From NCBI RefSeq assembly GCF_000143415.4, contig NW_003314263.1, positions 4,095,628 to 4,159,627 on the forward strand: a stretch of DNA of 64,000 nt, given 5' to 3'. Made by a program: the position numbers and the translations under genes. Positions 47,009 through 58,685 of the stretch are shown piece after piece. This DNA comes from Selaginella moellendorffii (lineage: Eukaryota > Plantae > Lycopodiophyta). The notes below the pieces were generated by a model. It saw only the letters and a list, made by a program, of their open reading frames with translations. It was not told where the DNA came from and did not search any database. Numbering within the stretch: the stretch's first letter is position 1; each line of letters opens with the position of its first letter.

Positions 47009-49334
47009 GAAGGTCAAGGCGAGGAGGATTGAAACATTTCTTCCTCTTTTCGCAGTAAAGACGTCCATTTCCATTTTGCACCCATGAAAACGATTCCTGA
47101 CAAAGACTTTCCGTCAGAGTTCCATCCCTGGCTGTTTAAATCTTCATGCGATTGAAATTTCATCCCAGAGTCTCTTCCTCCCGGGACTGTCCAAATGATC
47201 CTTTAGATTTTTTCTCTGCGTTCTTTCGATAGCTTATTGTCTCTGGAATTCCCAACAATAAGACGGTAAGAAAAGAATGTCGTGGATGCGGTCAATAGAA
47301 TCTTGGTGGTCAGCCTGTCAATCAAGGTAAAAATACTGAAAGTTTCTTTAGTATTTGAATGAGATTGCTTCTGTGAGAAGGGAGCCGCTATCATCTAGTG
47401 CACAAGCTTCAATTTGAAAGACTCCTGGCACATCAAAGTTTAGTTTTTGTGTAGTATAATTTTCTAACGGATGGGCGCGAGGTAAGAAAACATGATTTTA
47501 AGATCATGGCAAGTTTCTGAGATCCTAGAGTTCTTCCCAGGTTGCTTTGCTCACGTCCTGGTATGGAACTGGCCCATGATGAACACCAAAAGAGTTCTCG
47601 AGGCCGGAAAGCCAGTGGGAGGATTTTGAATCGAGGGCGGTGTGTGGACGAACACTTGGAGCCAGTTACTCGCCTGTGAAGAAGCTCTAGAAACGAAGAA
47701 CACCATCTTTGTTCTAGTTTCCTAGATTCAGAAAGAGTAGAGTGATGACGCACCTTGTTGATAGGATTTGCTCCCTTCTCCTTCCTCTGTGATTCCTAGA
47801 ATGTAGCAGAGCATACTGGAATGGACGAGAGACAAGGGAAGGAAATGCCGAAAGATGTAGTTTGCGCAGCACACATTGAGTAACCCTTTGCATTTGGACG
47901 CTGATATGAATCAACATCTCCAATGGTGCCAATGATAGTCTTGGTAAGCGCGTCATCATCCAATTCAGGCCCTCTCAGGAACTGGACTGTTAAGTCGTAG
48001 TTGTACAGGGTCTGGTCATACTGGTCTCAGTAGGACATGTAAATATGCTGAGAGACACAGATAGACGGTGAAGCTCGTGCTTTACTCGAATCAGAATCCA
48101 AGTCTCAGTAGCACCACCACGTGCCAATGTATTTGGAAATAACATACACCCTTTTGTTGAGCTCATATAATTCTGGGAAAAAGAAAAACCAAAAACAAAA
48201 ACAAAGTTATGAAAGGGGAGTTATAAATTTTTCTGTTACCTTATTGTGGATCTCTAGTAAAAGCTATCATAGTACAAAGAAGAGATTATGTTATTGTTAT
48301 TGAGCCTAAAAAATCCTTGAGAAAAGCACATTATTTTATATACTCTTCAACAGTTAACTTATCTATAGAGTGCTATTTCAAGAATTATATGTTTATAATA
48401 AGAATTCTATGTTTTATTGCTTTCTTTTGCTAATTCTAGCATATTGTAATGCAGAAATTTGGTCATACCAAAGTGACTAGAATTTTTTCCTCTCCACATA
48501 AGTTGTCACAAATGTGACTTTAAATATCAAAAGATATTAGTCCTTTTTTAGATTCTCATCTTACAGCAAAAAGTTGATACTATTAGTTCCTTTGTTGGTC
48601 TTTACCCAAATTAGTTGAAAAATGAGTCATTGCATGTGCACTTAATCAGAAGAGTATAAGAACGGAATTCTTAAATATTATTAGTCAAACATACTTAACT
48701 TGGTTAAACAAACTCATTCATGGCCAATTGAAAGGAGTTCTAAATTTAAAATAGAATAATGATTAAAAGCATGATTGATCTTAATTTAATTTCTATTAAG
48801 TTGTGTTGCTCTTTATTATATATTCAAGTTGGGTTTAAACCCAAGTGTCATACCATGGGGTAACCACTTTTTTGCATTAGACCTTTAGTATATTAAAATT
48901 TTGTTAAATTTTATGTAACAATAAAAGGGTTGAATATATGGAATTGGTGCTTATAGGGCATTTTAGTGTATACCAGATTGTTTTGTAGTATAATAACCTT
49001 GAGGTTTGATTTTAAATTTATGTGTATTACATTTGGTATTATAGGGATTGTCTTAGCAATTTGTATTTAACTTTTATCAAAGTTTCTAATTTTAATTGTA
49101 TACGCAAAAAATTTCCTATAAAATCTAAATTGACATATGTAAGATTATACCATTTAAAAAAATGTTTTATTTATTGTTAAAGACATGAATACAATTGGTT
49201 AAATGGCAAAATAGAATTATGCTAATGATAAATCAATGGAAGGAAACTTATATTATAAATGCTATGAAAAAGGCTAAATTTATGTTAAAAATTTAAGGAA
49301 GGACACCTAAGCCCTTTACACACCAAGGCATGCG

Positions 49335-50096
49335 AGCTGTGAATTCTTGTCAGCTCTTAATGCAATCCCCAACGTGCGGATGCACTTTTTTAGCTCCGGT
49401 AGGGAGTGCAGGAACATACCTCTTGTGCAACAGATCATGGAGGGTTGCTGCTTAAAGTGTAGCTATGATACCTTTTCTATGTCTCACATGACAAAGGAAT
49501 CTGGTTCTTGGGATTACAAAAAGAAGTTGGAGAACTTGGGTTTTGAGCTTCCATGGACCATCATGGTGGACGACGAATCCCCGGATGTTGCGGCTACTGG
49601 CGAAGAGATTAACTTCTTGCAGATGTATTATTTCGGTCAATCAGAGCATCCGCGAGATCAGCAAGTGCTAAGGCTGCGCAAAGAAAACAGTTTGATCCGA
49701 GCTCTCGGTTTGATAATCTGGGCTTTGGAATTGTCAATGATAGCAAATTGCACTTTGGTTCAAGCTTTGGTCGCAATACAGTGGGACCAACATGGCAGGT
49801 ATGCCCATCAACGAACGAATGCGATGCAAGTTTATGGAGTTGGACTTGCCGCAATGCAAAAAATAAATCAAAGTATCACACTCTTGGGTTGCAGCAGTGA
49901 TGCTACTGTCTATCCATGGTCTGAATTAGAGATGGATGATCATGCAAAGGCCCATCAAAAGTTTTGGAGGATTGGGTTTGGGAAGCAAAAGTTAGACAGA
50001 CTAATGATGCATAGACTGCAATTAGATGTTTCTCTCCCAGCAGTTCAGACTCGTGATGTGGAAGATCTTTGTATTGATGTACTGTATTGCCAATAA
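49335..50096 (+). pseudogene. Intronless NIF/FCP1-like HAD phosphatase-related ORF, 5'-truncated
   Basis: CEFLSALN..MHFFSSG..KKLENLGFELPWTIMVDD resembles the NIF C-terminal half; no DxDxT motif; abuts AT-rich DNA. Confidence 0.4.
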
Positions 50097-53000
50097 CACA
50101 AGAAGCTTTGTCGAGCCGCAGGGAAGAGAAACTCAAGTACGTTGAGACGGCTCTAAGATGAATCAGCGTGGCGAGGGGCTTGTAAAAATAGCCACTGCTG
50201 GGGCGAAGCATCAATAAATATATTGAGTTTCTTAGAATCTATAACAAAACGAAGAAGTCGTTCTCATTTCTTGTACTGCACGGTGAAGTTGCTTAACCAT
50301 ACCTCGTATATCACCATGATAAGACATTAAATGAAAGAATACAAAAGAAAACGAGAGTGGAAACAAAAATAAGCAACAGAACAAAACTGAACGTGCTAAA
50401 AGCAACGCCAGTCCAGCGAAAAGAGTTTAAACGCGCAATGTATACAGTCGCTAGGACAAATGTATCTTGCTCTTAAAACTGCTTCTGGTCACTGCTTCGA
50501 TTTTCGGGCGCTGATTCCACTCGGCGGGCGCCAATGAGGTTTGCAACGATCACGCCAGATTACTGCCCAGGCTGGCTCTTGCAAAAAGTGGGGAGCAAGG
50601 CGTGAAGACGATAAGAGATGCCGAAGCTTTTTCTTGACATCGTTAGATTAGAAGAACACGAATTTTTGATATGGGAGCTTTCCAAGTTTTGCTGCATTTT
50701 GATTGCGATCCGGTCTTGCAGGCAGACTTGGATCCCACAGTCTTGCACTCCCCCCGGTCCATCTAAGCTGGGACAAGGTGTCACTCTTGCATTGTTTTCG
50801 GAGCATGGAACTTCTGTGACACTATGCGTGTAAGCAAACTCCTCTTCCCAGGGGACTGTAATTTAGAACCAAGAAAGTCACCAACAAGCCATGACACAAA
50901 AGCAAGAAATCGTACTTGATCCACAAAATATATGTCTCGAGATAATGTTTCTACTTTTTGTAGGACATTTCCACTTAGCGCCTCGCGACAAGAATAATAA
51001 AAACTTGGAGGGCGTAGAAGGTTTGCAATAAGACCCAGAAGCTGGCTCCGTACTTGGGAGCTTTCGATGATTGGAGGGAGATGGGAGGGAGATGAAGCAC
51101 GCACCAGGGTCCCGGGGTGAGCTTCTGTTGTTTTCTTTTCTTTTCATCAGAAGGACTACGAGATGGGCGTGTGTGGTCGATCTTCTGTTGTTCGGGAAAT
51201 TCCACGATATTTCCAGCTGCGCTGATTGATTGATCGATCGATCGCCTGGATCCGCCGCCGTGACTTTTTCTTTTTTCATTGGGACTTCGATTGTTTACAG
51301 ATTCCGCATTTGGTCGAGCTTGGCGTGACAGGAGTTGAGCTTCTTCAGTACGACGAGCTTAGGAGACTGAACCGACATGGTTAGTCGAATAAATTATTGC
51401 GATTTCTACAAACTCATTCCTTATACCGGTAAATGCTTGGGGCTACTCAACCATGAACTTCTCTCTGGAGCTCAAGCAAATGGTGAAAGCGCTTCATATA
51501 GTAAGCTGAAATTTTCCAGGCACTATGTTCTTTCGTGATGATAAAGTCCGCTTTTTCTGTGAGATGGCGATGCCAGGTCGGGTGCTTGGCCGTGAGCTGG
51601 CTCCATGACCTTGAAACGCAGTTGAGTAGGCCACATTGTTGGCGATGAGCTTTTTTTGACGCAATGAAGCGTTTCACTCAGCACAGCAGCGATCACCGAT
51701 CAACCCAGGAGAGTTGCTCCTGGAACGCCTGGTAACTATGCCTTCTAGCTGGAGCGACATATCAAGCTTCCACTAGAGTAGACAGAGGAGCTTACCGATT
51801 CCGTGGAGGGCTTTGGCTGTTATGGGAATATTCACTCAGAGCAAGATTTAACACTATAAAAGACTAGAAGATTTGTGATTCACAAAAGCCAGTAAGCTTT
51901 TCTTATTCTACTAATGAAAGAAAGTTTGCAATTTCATATCAATTTTTCAGCATGCGGATTTACACAGATTTTTAAGAGAAAAGGTGAATCCTTGCCACAA
52001 GAACTAAGGGTTTAGATCGATCACCCAGCAAAATGCTGCCACCAGCATGGTTATATGTGAGATGGCGAGTGGGAGTACCTTTGGAGTGGATGCCAGGGAA
52101 GGCATGTACTGCCCTAGAAAGCACACTAATAGAACTTGTCACTCAGGAGTTTGATCACAGTGAATGAAACAACAAAAATAAGAATATATCCCAATTGGAA
52201 CCAGTACATCCTTTCATCCTGAGACTTTGACTAAGACTTTCCCCTACCATTTTACCAACTTTCAACTAACCTCTCGTCACTGTTTCTCGAGCTCTTGACA
52301 CAATAGACCGCACCCCTGAAGGAACTCTATGAACATGTCCTCCACCTGTAACTATTGAAACAAATATCCATCGATCGTCATCTGTGGTGGAAAACGCAAA
52401 GTCCGTAGTACAGGCTGTGGCTTCCACCATCCGAAGTTCCAATGAGGCATAGATAGCAAAAACTGCATCCAGCGTTGCCTAAACAGACCAAACAAGTTAT
52501 AAGTCAATGCGAAACAAAGTACAAAGCGTTCATTTACACACCTGTATCAAAGTCCACCATCCCGACTCGCTGCGTAGCTCCTGTAACACAGCCAAAGTTG
52601 GGAATGATGATAAGAGATGACATTTTCTCCCCAGTGGCTACACCACCAAAGGTGATCTTGTTTGGATCCCGACTGGCAGGACGAATCCGCATTCCCCGGT
52701 CTAGGCATTCTCCAAGAGCTTCCTCAAAAAGGTTCCCATGCTGCTTATACTCGTAAACAATCTGCCCATGAACGTTGGCTATTGCTGGTGTTATGTGTAG
52801 CAGCCCCATGTCATGTCTACACGATAAGACGTCCGGAAGAGTGACCACTCCAGCCTTATCGTGAACGCGTAAATTTTTGAGGAAGATCTTGCAACGCTTG
52901 GTAAGCTTGCTTGCTTCTGGCCTTACCCCGTGGATGGTTTCCAAGAGAGCTGCGGTGATAAGCTTGATAAACCTGCCTCCTGCGTCATTCTTCCGAAGAT

Positions 53001-53444
53001 CTTGGAACCGTTGCTCAAAGGACTGGCAAATGCTGCCCAACTGAGGGTGTCGGGCAGCAAGAACAAGCGTCCACAATCAGCCCTTCCCTAAGGTACTCTA
53101 GGTACAAAGAGTGGTATGACATCACGCCTAACATCCAGGTATCTTGTTTTGCATATCGGCAGCACATAACAAAATTGTCAAAACCTCTTTTAATGCTCCG
53201 AGGAATCAAACATTACCTTTAAAAGCAGCTACCTCAAACGCTATGGCATTGGTAAACCCATGTTGCTCTAAGCTCTAGTTCCTCAGCTAGCCGCACACTG
53301 CATCCTTCCACGTAAATTAATAATATACCCTTGGATTGTAACCGTCAATCAAAGTCAAAGAAAGTCAAACAAAATCAACGTAACTCCTGTGGAATAAGCA
53401 GTTCTGATTTCGTCTATCCGTATTTCATGCCCAAAACTTCGGTT

Positions 53445-56266
53445 CTAACTGCCTTCCTCTTCGTCTTCGTTGTCTTGTGGAGCATTGAAAAGGTCGGTGT
53501 TCTCGGGGAACACGAGACCAACGTCCGAGTTTAAGATCGACGGAACCACCACTGGGAAGTCTCGTATCCGTCCGTAAGATGGCCCAGCCTCGAGCGCTTC
53601 TGGTTCAATCCCGATGAACGAAGCTCGTCCAACAAGTCCGGGACCGGTGATGGTTATCACGCTGTCACCTTCGTCAGCAAACTTCACCACCGGACGAGAC
53701 CGAGGTGGAGATGCCCGAGGAGGGGAAGCTGCCGCTGATGCTACTTCTCCTAGATTGCTATCCGGTCCAAACTTCACAGTGGGCCGAGGCTTAGCGTCCG
53801 CTGGTTTTGGAGCCTTCTCACTGACTTCCACGGCTTGAGGAGCTATGGATATCGAACGACGCTCGGAGATCTTTGGTGGTGTTGCTGCCGCAGCTCCCGT
53901 AGTTGCTGCCACTGCTGTGCTGCTGCTACTACTAGCCGCGACATCTGGAGTGTTTGGCCTGCTTCGAGGAGGAGTAACACTCTGCTTGCCTGGCGCCGAC
54001 GAAGTTCCTGCGGCTGCTGCTGCCAAAGCTGCTGCTTCCGACGGTCTCAAAGGCCTCACAGACTTGGCTCGAGGAATAGTCCCTTTCACGTAAGCTAAAA
54101 CGTTGGGCCGGCTGTATGGAGGAATGAAACCAGGTGGAAGATCTGGAGCCGACGTTGGAACTGGCTGAGTGCTGTTGGCGTCGTGTTTTATGTGAGAAGC
54201 CGGCGGCCTCGTTTCGGGTCCAAAGTGCGAAGTAAAGATCGGATCCACTTTCTGGACTCGTTGGCGCATCGATTCAATGCTAGTCGATTGATCCCCAGCA
54301 GCAGCAGCAGCAGCTGTAGCAGCATCGCCTTCCTCCACCACATCAGCGATTGTTCTTCCAGTGACCACAGATCCCAGCATGTTTGGATTCTCGTAGAAGT
54401 GAGTTCTTTTCCTTAGAACTGGAGCCAAGCTCAACGGAGAGCCACCACCCGCGGGAGTAACTTGCCAGCCTCGAGAAGGACTTCTTGTCAGCTGATACGG
54501 TCGCTGCTGCTCCGGAAAGAGCTTTGGCCTCGGACCACCTTGCTGCTGCTGCTGCTTCGCTGATCCTCCTCCTGAAGATTTTCGTGATGTTTGCGGTGGT
54601 ATGGCTATGGCCGACTGTCTCCGGGATGATCTTCTTCCTAACGAGTCCTCTGAGCCTCGAGGTTGGACAACTGTGAATCTTCGGTGAAACTCTTCTTCTG
54701 TCTCATGCTCCTCGTCGCTGTCGTCGTCGGATTTGGAGGCTCGAGCAAGCAACTCCAGTGTTGCTTGTTCGTCATCAAGGACAGGAGCTTTGACGTAGAA
54801 CATGTCTTCGTAAATGCCGGAATCCACGTTAAATGAGAACCGTGGTGCTTTGGCACGTATCTGTAGGACAACAGCAGCACAAGATACATCCTTGGTCACT
54901 AGAAATTATTTTACCTTTGCATGGTGCTCTTCTATCAAGTCAAGCACCTGGCGGACAAAACTGACCAGGAGAATCCGGCACTCTTTCTTTAGCTGCACGA
55001 GGACTATATAAGTGTGGATGCACGGAAAGGAAACGATCCTTGCTTACATCTTGTAGACCGTCACCTTGGAAGAGGCTCCCTTTCTTAAAGAGAAGACGAT
55101 AGATCTCATCCGAGTAGCGAACTTCGTCCTGGAGCCTAGTAAGCGTTGGATAATCATCGTTGGGTTCTCTCCCTAGAAAATGATGACAAACAAAGCACTT
55201 CGGTGACTGGAAACTCTTCAAGAACAGATTTTAGTTACCTGGATCAGTCAAAGACATTATATCCCAGAGAATCAACTGCTGCAACACTGCGCTCTCCTGC
55301 CTGTCCGCTTCAATCGACACAGCTTCGATCTCCTTTCTCAGATCAGCCATCTCGGCATTAGCTCGTAGTAGCTCCAGCTATTCCAGCTAGTATCTGACCC
55401 GAGTTAGAAAAACGAAAAACAAAAAGGCGGATGCAGAGGTTTCTGGATTACCTGAAGTGCCTGAGCTTCCTCGCCATGAAGAGAAGCAAAGAGGCGCTTC
55501 TCGGAAGGAGATAGCGCTAGCAATCCCCGGATCTCTCCAACAACAGCGCGAGCGCAGCGAAGATCTCCTGGACAGGAGAGAAACAAAAAAGCAAGGTTTA
55601 GCTCTAGGAAAGTTTGCGTTCCTTTACCGTGTAGCTCTTCTCTACTCTCGGCAGCGAGAACCAGCTTCTCTGTCCATTCTTCCTACAAAAAAGAAGAACA
55701 AGAAGAAGAGAGCTTGAGCAATCAAGTTTAATAAATACATACGCACCAGATTATCACGGGACGAGGCTGCTAGAATGTAAGTCTCGGTCTTGGAAAATCC
55801 AACGTGTTGTGTGCCGATGTTGAGATAAAAAACATATCTTCGCAGCTTGCCTCCAACATCCGCGGACTCTTTGATCGTGCAGCCCTCGATTGGAATAAGT
55901 CCCAGAGGAGTTTCTGTCTAAACGAAACAAATGAAACAAAAACAGTGGCGATGGTCATTTCTATCGAAACTTGGATTACCTGTTGCTCGCTTATAAAGTA
56001 GAAGAGAAAATATCCCTGTAAGACGAAGTAGCGGCGTTTCCACGATGTAAATCGCCCTCCGCGCTTCTCCAGGTAGCCAGCAATCTCTGGATCGCCCCAC
56101 AAAACTCTCTAGGATAGAATGCGCGTGTTGTTAGATCGATGATTTGGGCGAGAATCCTGTTGCTTACCTGGTTTTGCATCCCCGACAAGGTAGTGGTTAC
56201 GGATTCCCTGGGCAATCCTTCCTTGGCAGCGGTTTCTCGCTTCCCAGCCTCCTCCTTGCCCGCCAT
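53445..56266 (-). CDS. PH-domain protein with helical middle and long disordered Pro/Ser/Ala tail, multi-exon
   Basis: AGYLEKRGGRFTSWKRRYFVLQGYFLFYFISEQ|TETPLGLIPIEGCTI..TYILAASSRDNL|EEW; last exon within ORF 53445-54899. Confidence 0.85.
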
Positions 56267-56943
56267 TTTGCTTCAGTGAACCTTTTCACGATAGGTTAGA
56301 TAGTAGACCTAGGGCTTGCAAAAAGAATATCCTCAATGTTTGCTTAAACTTCAAAATTTGATTGCAAAAAAGAGAATTTAAACTTTGTCATTTATGTCAT
56401 CCATATTACAACCATAATGTGTTTTTGAACAAATGTATTAAAGTAGTGCATGAAGTCTTTATGTTGTTTTCACCATCATATAAAGTTTGATACCAAAATC
56501 ATTTAGCAAATATTTCTTATAGATATAAAATTATATCTTATTCTAATTTTTAATTTACATTTTTTCAGCACACACCTAACATTAATAGGTTTTAGCATGA
56601 TCAATAAGAAAAAATTATGCATATGCAACCTTTGTAAGATTATTTATATCTAATGTTATAAAATAATTTTTTATATTATAGACTCAATCTTTAAAACTTA
56701 ATATTTTTATATGCTTTTAAATCTAGGTGGTTTATAGGGTATAAACTTTGAAATTCATACAATTGGAGGCAATTGTAAAATTTTATTATCCTTAGAACTT
56801 GAAAAAGAATTTAGTTACTTAAGTTTAATTACTTTTACTTTTTTATTACTTTTTAACTCCGATCTTTTTTGGTCACCACAAAAATAATCGGATGATACAA
56901 AGCAGGCATTTGTAGAGTTTGAGCTTGCCAGAGTCCACATGTT

Positions 56944-58670
56944 TGTGAGACACAAAATCCCTAAGCCTCAAAGTGGAGCTGGAAAGGGTGCCACGTGGTA
57001 GTGGCCGAAGCGAAAGCCAAACGAGCATAACACGTTTGGACTAAAAGCTCCGACTTGGAAAGTCGAGAGTGGGAGTGGAACTCCCAACAAAGGGCTCGAG
57101 GAACAAGCACGAAGCAAGCAATAAGTGAGGCTCCAAAAAGGGACCCAAAAAGGACCAACACATGACACGTGGAAGAGTTCGAGATGGACCGAGATGGAGT
57201 CCGAGATGGAGTCCGAGGTGGAGTCCGAGATGGAGTCTGAGATGGAGTCCGAAGTGGAGTCCGAGATGGAGTCCGAGATGGACCGAGACGGAGTCTGAGG
57301 TGGAATCCGAGATGGAGTCCGAGGTGGAGTCCGAGATGGACCGAGACGGAGTCCGAGGTGGAATCCGAGATGGAGTCCGAGGTGGAGTCCGAGATGGAGT
57401 CCAAGATGGAGTCCGAAGTGGAGTCTGAGATGGAGTTCGAGATGGACCGAGACGGAGTTCGAGATGGACCGAGACGGAGTCCGAGATGGAGTCCGAGATG
57501 GACCCGAGATGGAATCCGAGATGGAGTCCGAGAAGGACCCGAGATGAAGTCCAAGGTCGAGACCGAGACCGGGACCAAGACCGAGACCGGGACCGAGACC
57601 GAGACCGAGGCGGAGGCCGAGACCGAGCCCGAGTCCGAGTCCGAGCCCGAGTCCGAGTCCGAGTTCAAGTCTGAGAGGGTGAAAGCCCAAAGCGTTCGTC
57701 TCCTAGACCCTGGAGGGTTTGGTGAGCTCCAAAAGTATAATAAGGGGGAGGACTGCAGTGGAGCCAGTTTGGCCAAGAAAGGCCAGTTTGGCCCAGGAAG
57801 GCCAGACCCAGTGTTGGGTGATGAGCTGACCACTGGGAAGTCCAAGACTAGAGTGAACATGGACCGACAAGCGAGGTAGCTTGGTGAAGTGTTCAAGATC
57901 CGGCTCTAGTTCCCTGGGAGATCGACTGGCCGATGCTCCCAGTCCAAGTGTGGGTGGCACTACCTACTTGGATACCAGGCGTGGCTCAGCGGAACCTCGC
58001 TCTAAGCCCATGGCTAGAGCACCCAATGGCGGAAGGCAGGGAGAGTACCCAGGTGGCTCGCGTAATGCCACGGTGTTCCGAAGTGTTGTCCCAAAGTCCC
58101 AGACTGTGGAAAGGAAAAGGAGCAGTCCTTTGGTGTGGTGGCCAAGGATATGGTCACGTGGTGAGGAAGTCCCAGAGGACTGTGGGACTTAGTGGTCGGG
58201 CCTGTGGGCTTCGATCTAGTGGCAGTGTTGGCAAACTCGGCCAAAGGCAAAAAGGGACTTAGTGGGGACTGACAGAGGGATATTGGGGAAGGCTGTTCCC
58301 TTTGTTGGTGGGCATCCTAAGGATGCTAAGGAGTGGATCTGGGATGACCACTCATGGATGGTTGGCCCAGTCTTGGAGAGACAAGACTGTGTTGTAAGTG
58401 GTATTGGACTACCAGTGCAGCAAAGGTGATTGGGCATGGCCTTAGCGTAACAGGTTGCTATGTCGGTGGTACCTTTGAGTGTCGGTCATGGGATCGAACA
58501 CATGGAGCACTTGGACCAGGTGCAAGGGTTGAGTGGCATGGATGCCATTCTTGGGGCTAGCAAGTCCCAAGTCTTGAATTGGACTTATGGAGATTGTGAA
58601 TGAGACTCCTCCAAATGGTCGGAGGTGTGGTTAAGTGACTAAAGTAGAATGGAAAAATTAGTCGCTTACA
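56944..58670 (+). repeat. 5' LTR (1727 bp, TG...CA)
   Basis: Ends gcttaca at 58670, immediately followed by PBS-like site; TATA-like gtataataag near 57734. Confidence 0.8.
57175..57675. repeat. GAGTCCGAGATG 12-mer and GAGACC/GAGTCC 6-mer tandem array in 5' LTR
   Basis: Directly visible array. Confidence 0.95.
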
Positions 58671-58673
58671 ACT

Positions 58674-58685
58674 TAGTGTCGGAGC
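58674..58685 (+). other. Degenerate tRNA-iMet primer binding site
   Basis: tagtgtcggagc versus canonical tggtatcagagc (three A/G transitions). Confidence 0.65.

Noticed and set aside
50500-51700. Short exon-like minus-strand ORFs (also 47400-48100)
   Set aside because: Could not assemble a consistent spliced model or recognise a family
57175-57675. CRISPR-like repeat array
   Set aside because: No unique spacers, eukaryotic context, simple minisatellite
56961-57896. Long ORFs on both strands (GLGLGL, SDSISD, ESEMESE, RDRDRD), repeated at 62755-63617
   Set aside because: Produced by stop-free 6/12-mer tandem arrays inside the LTRs; not credible proteins
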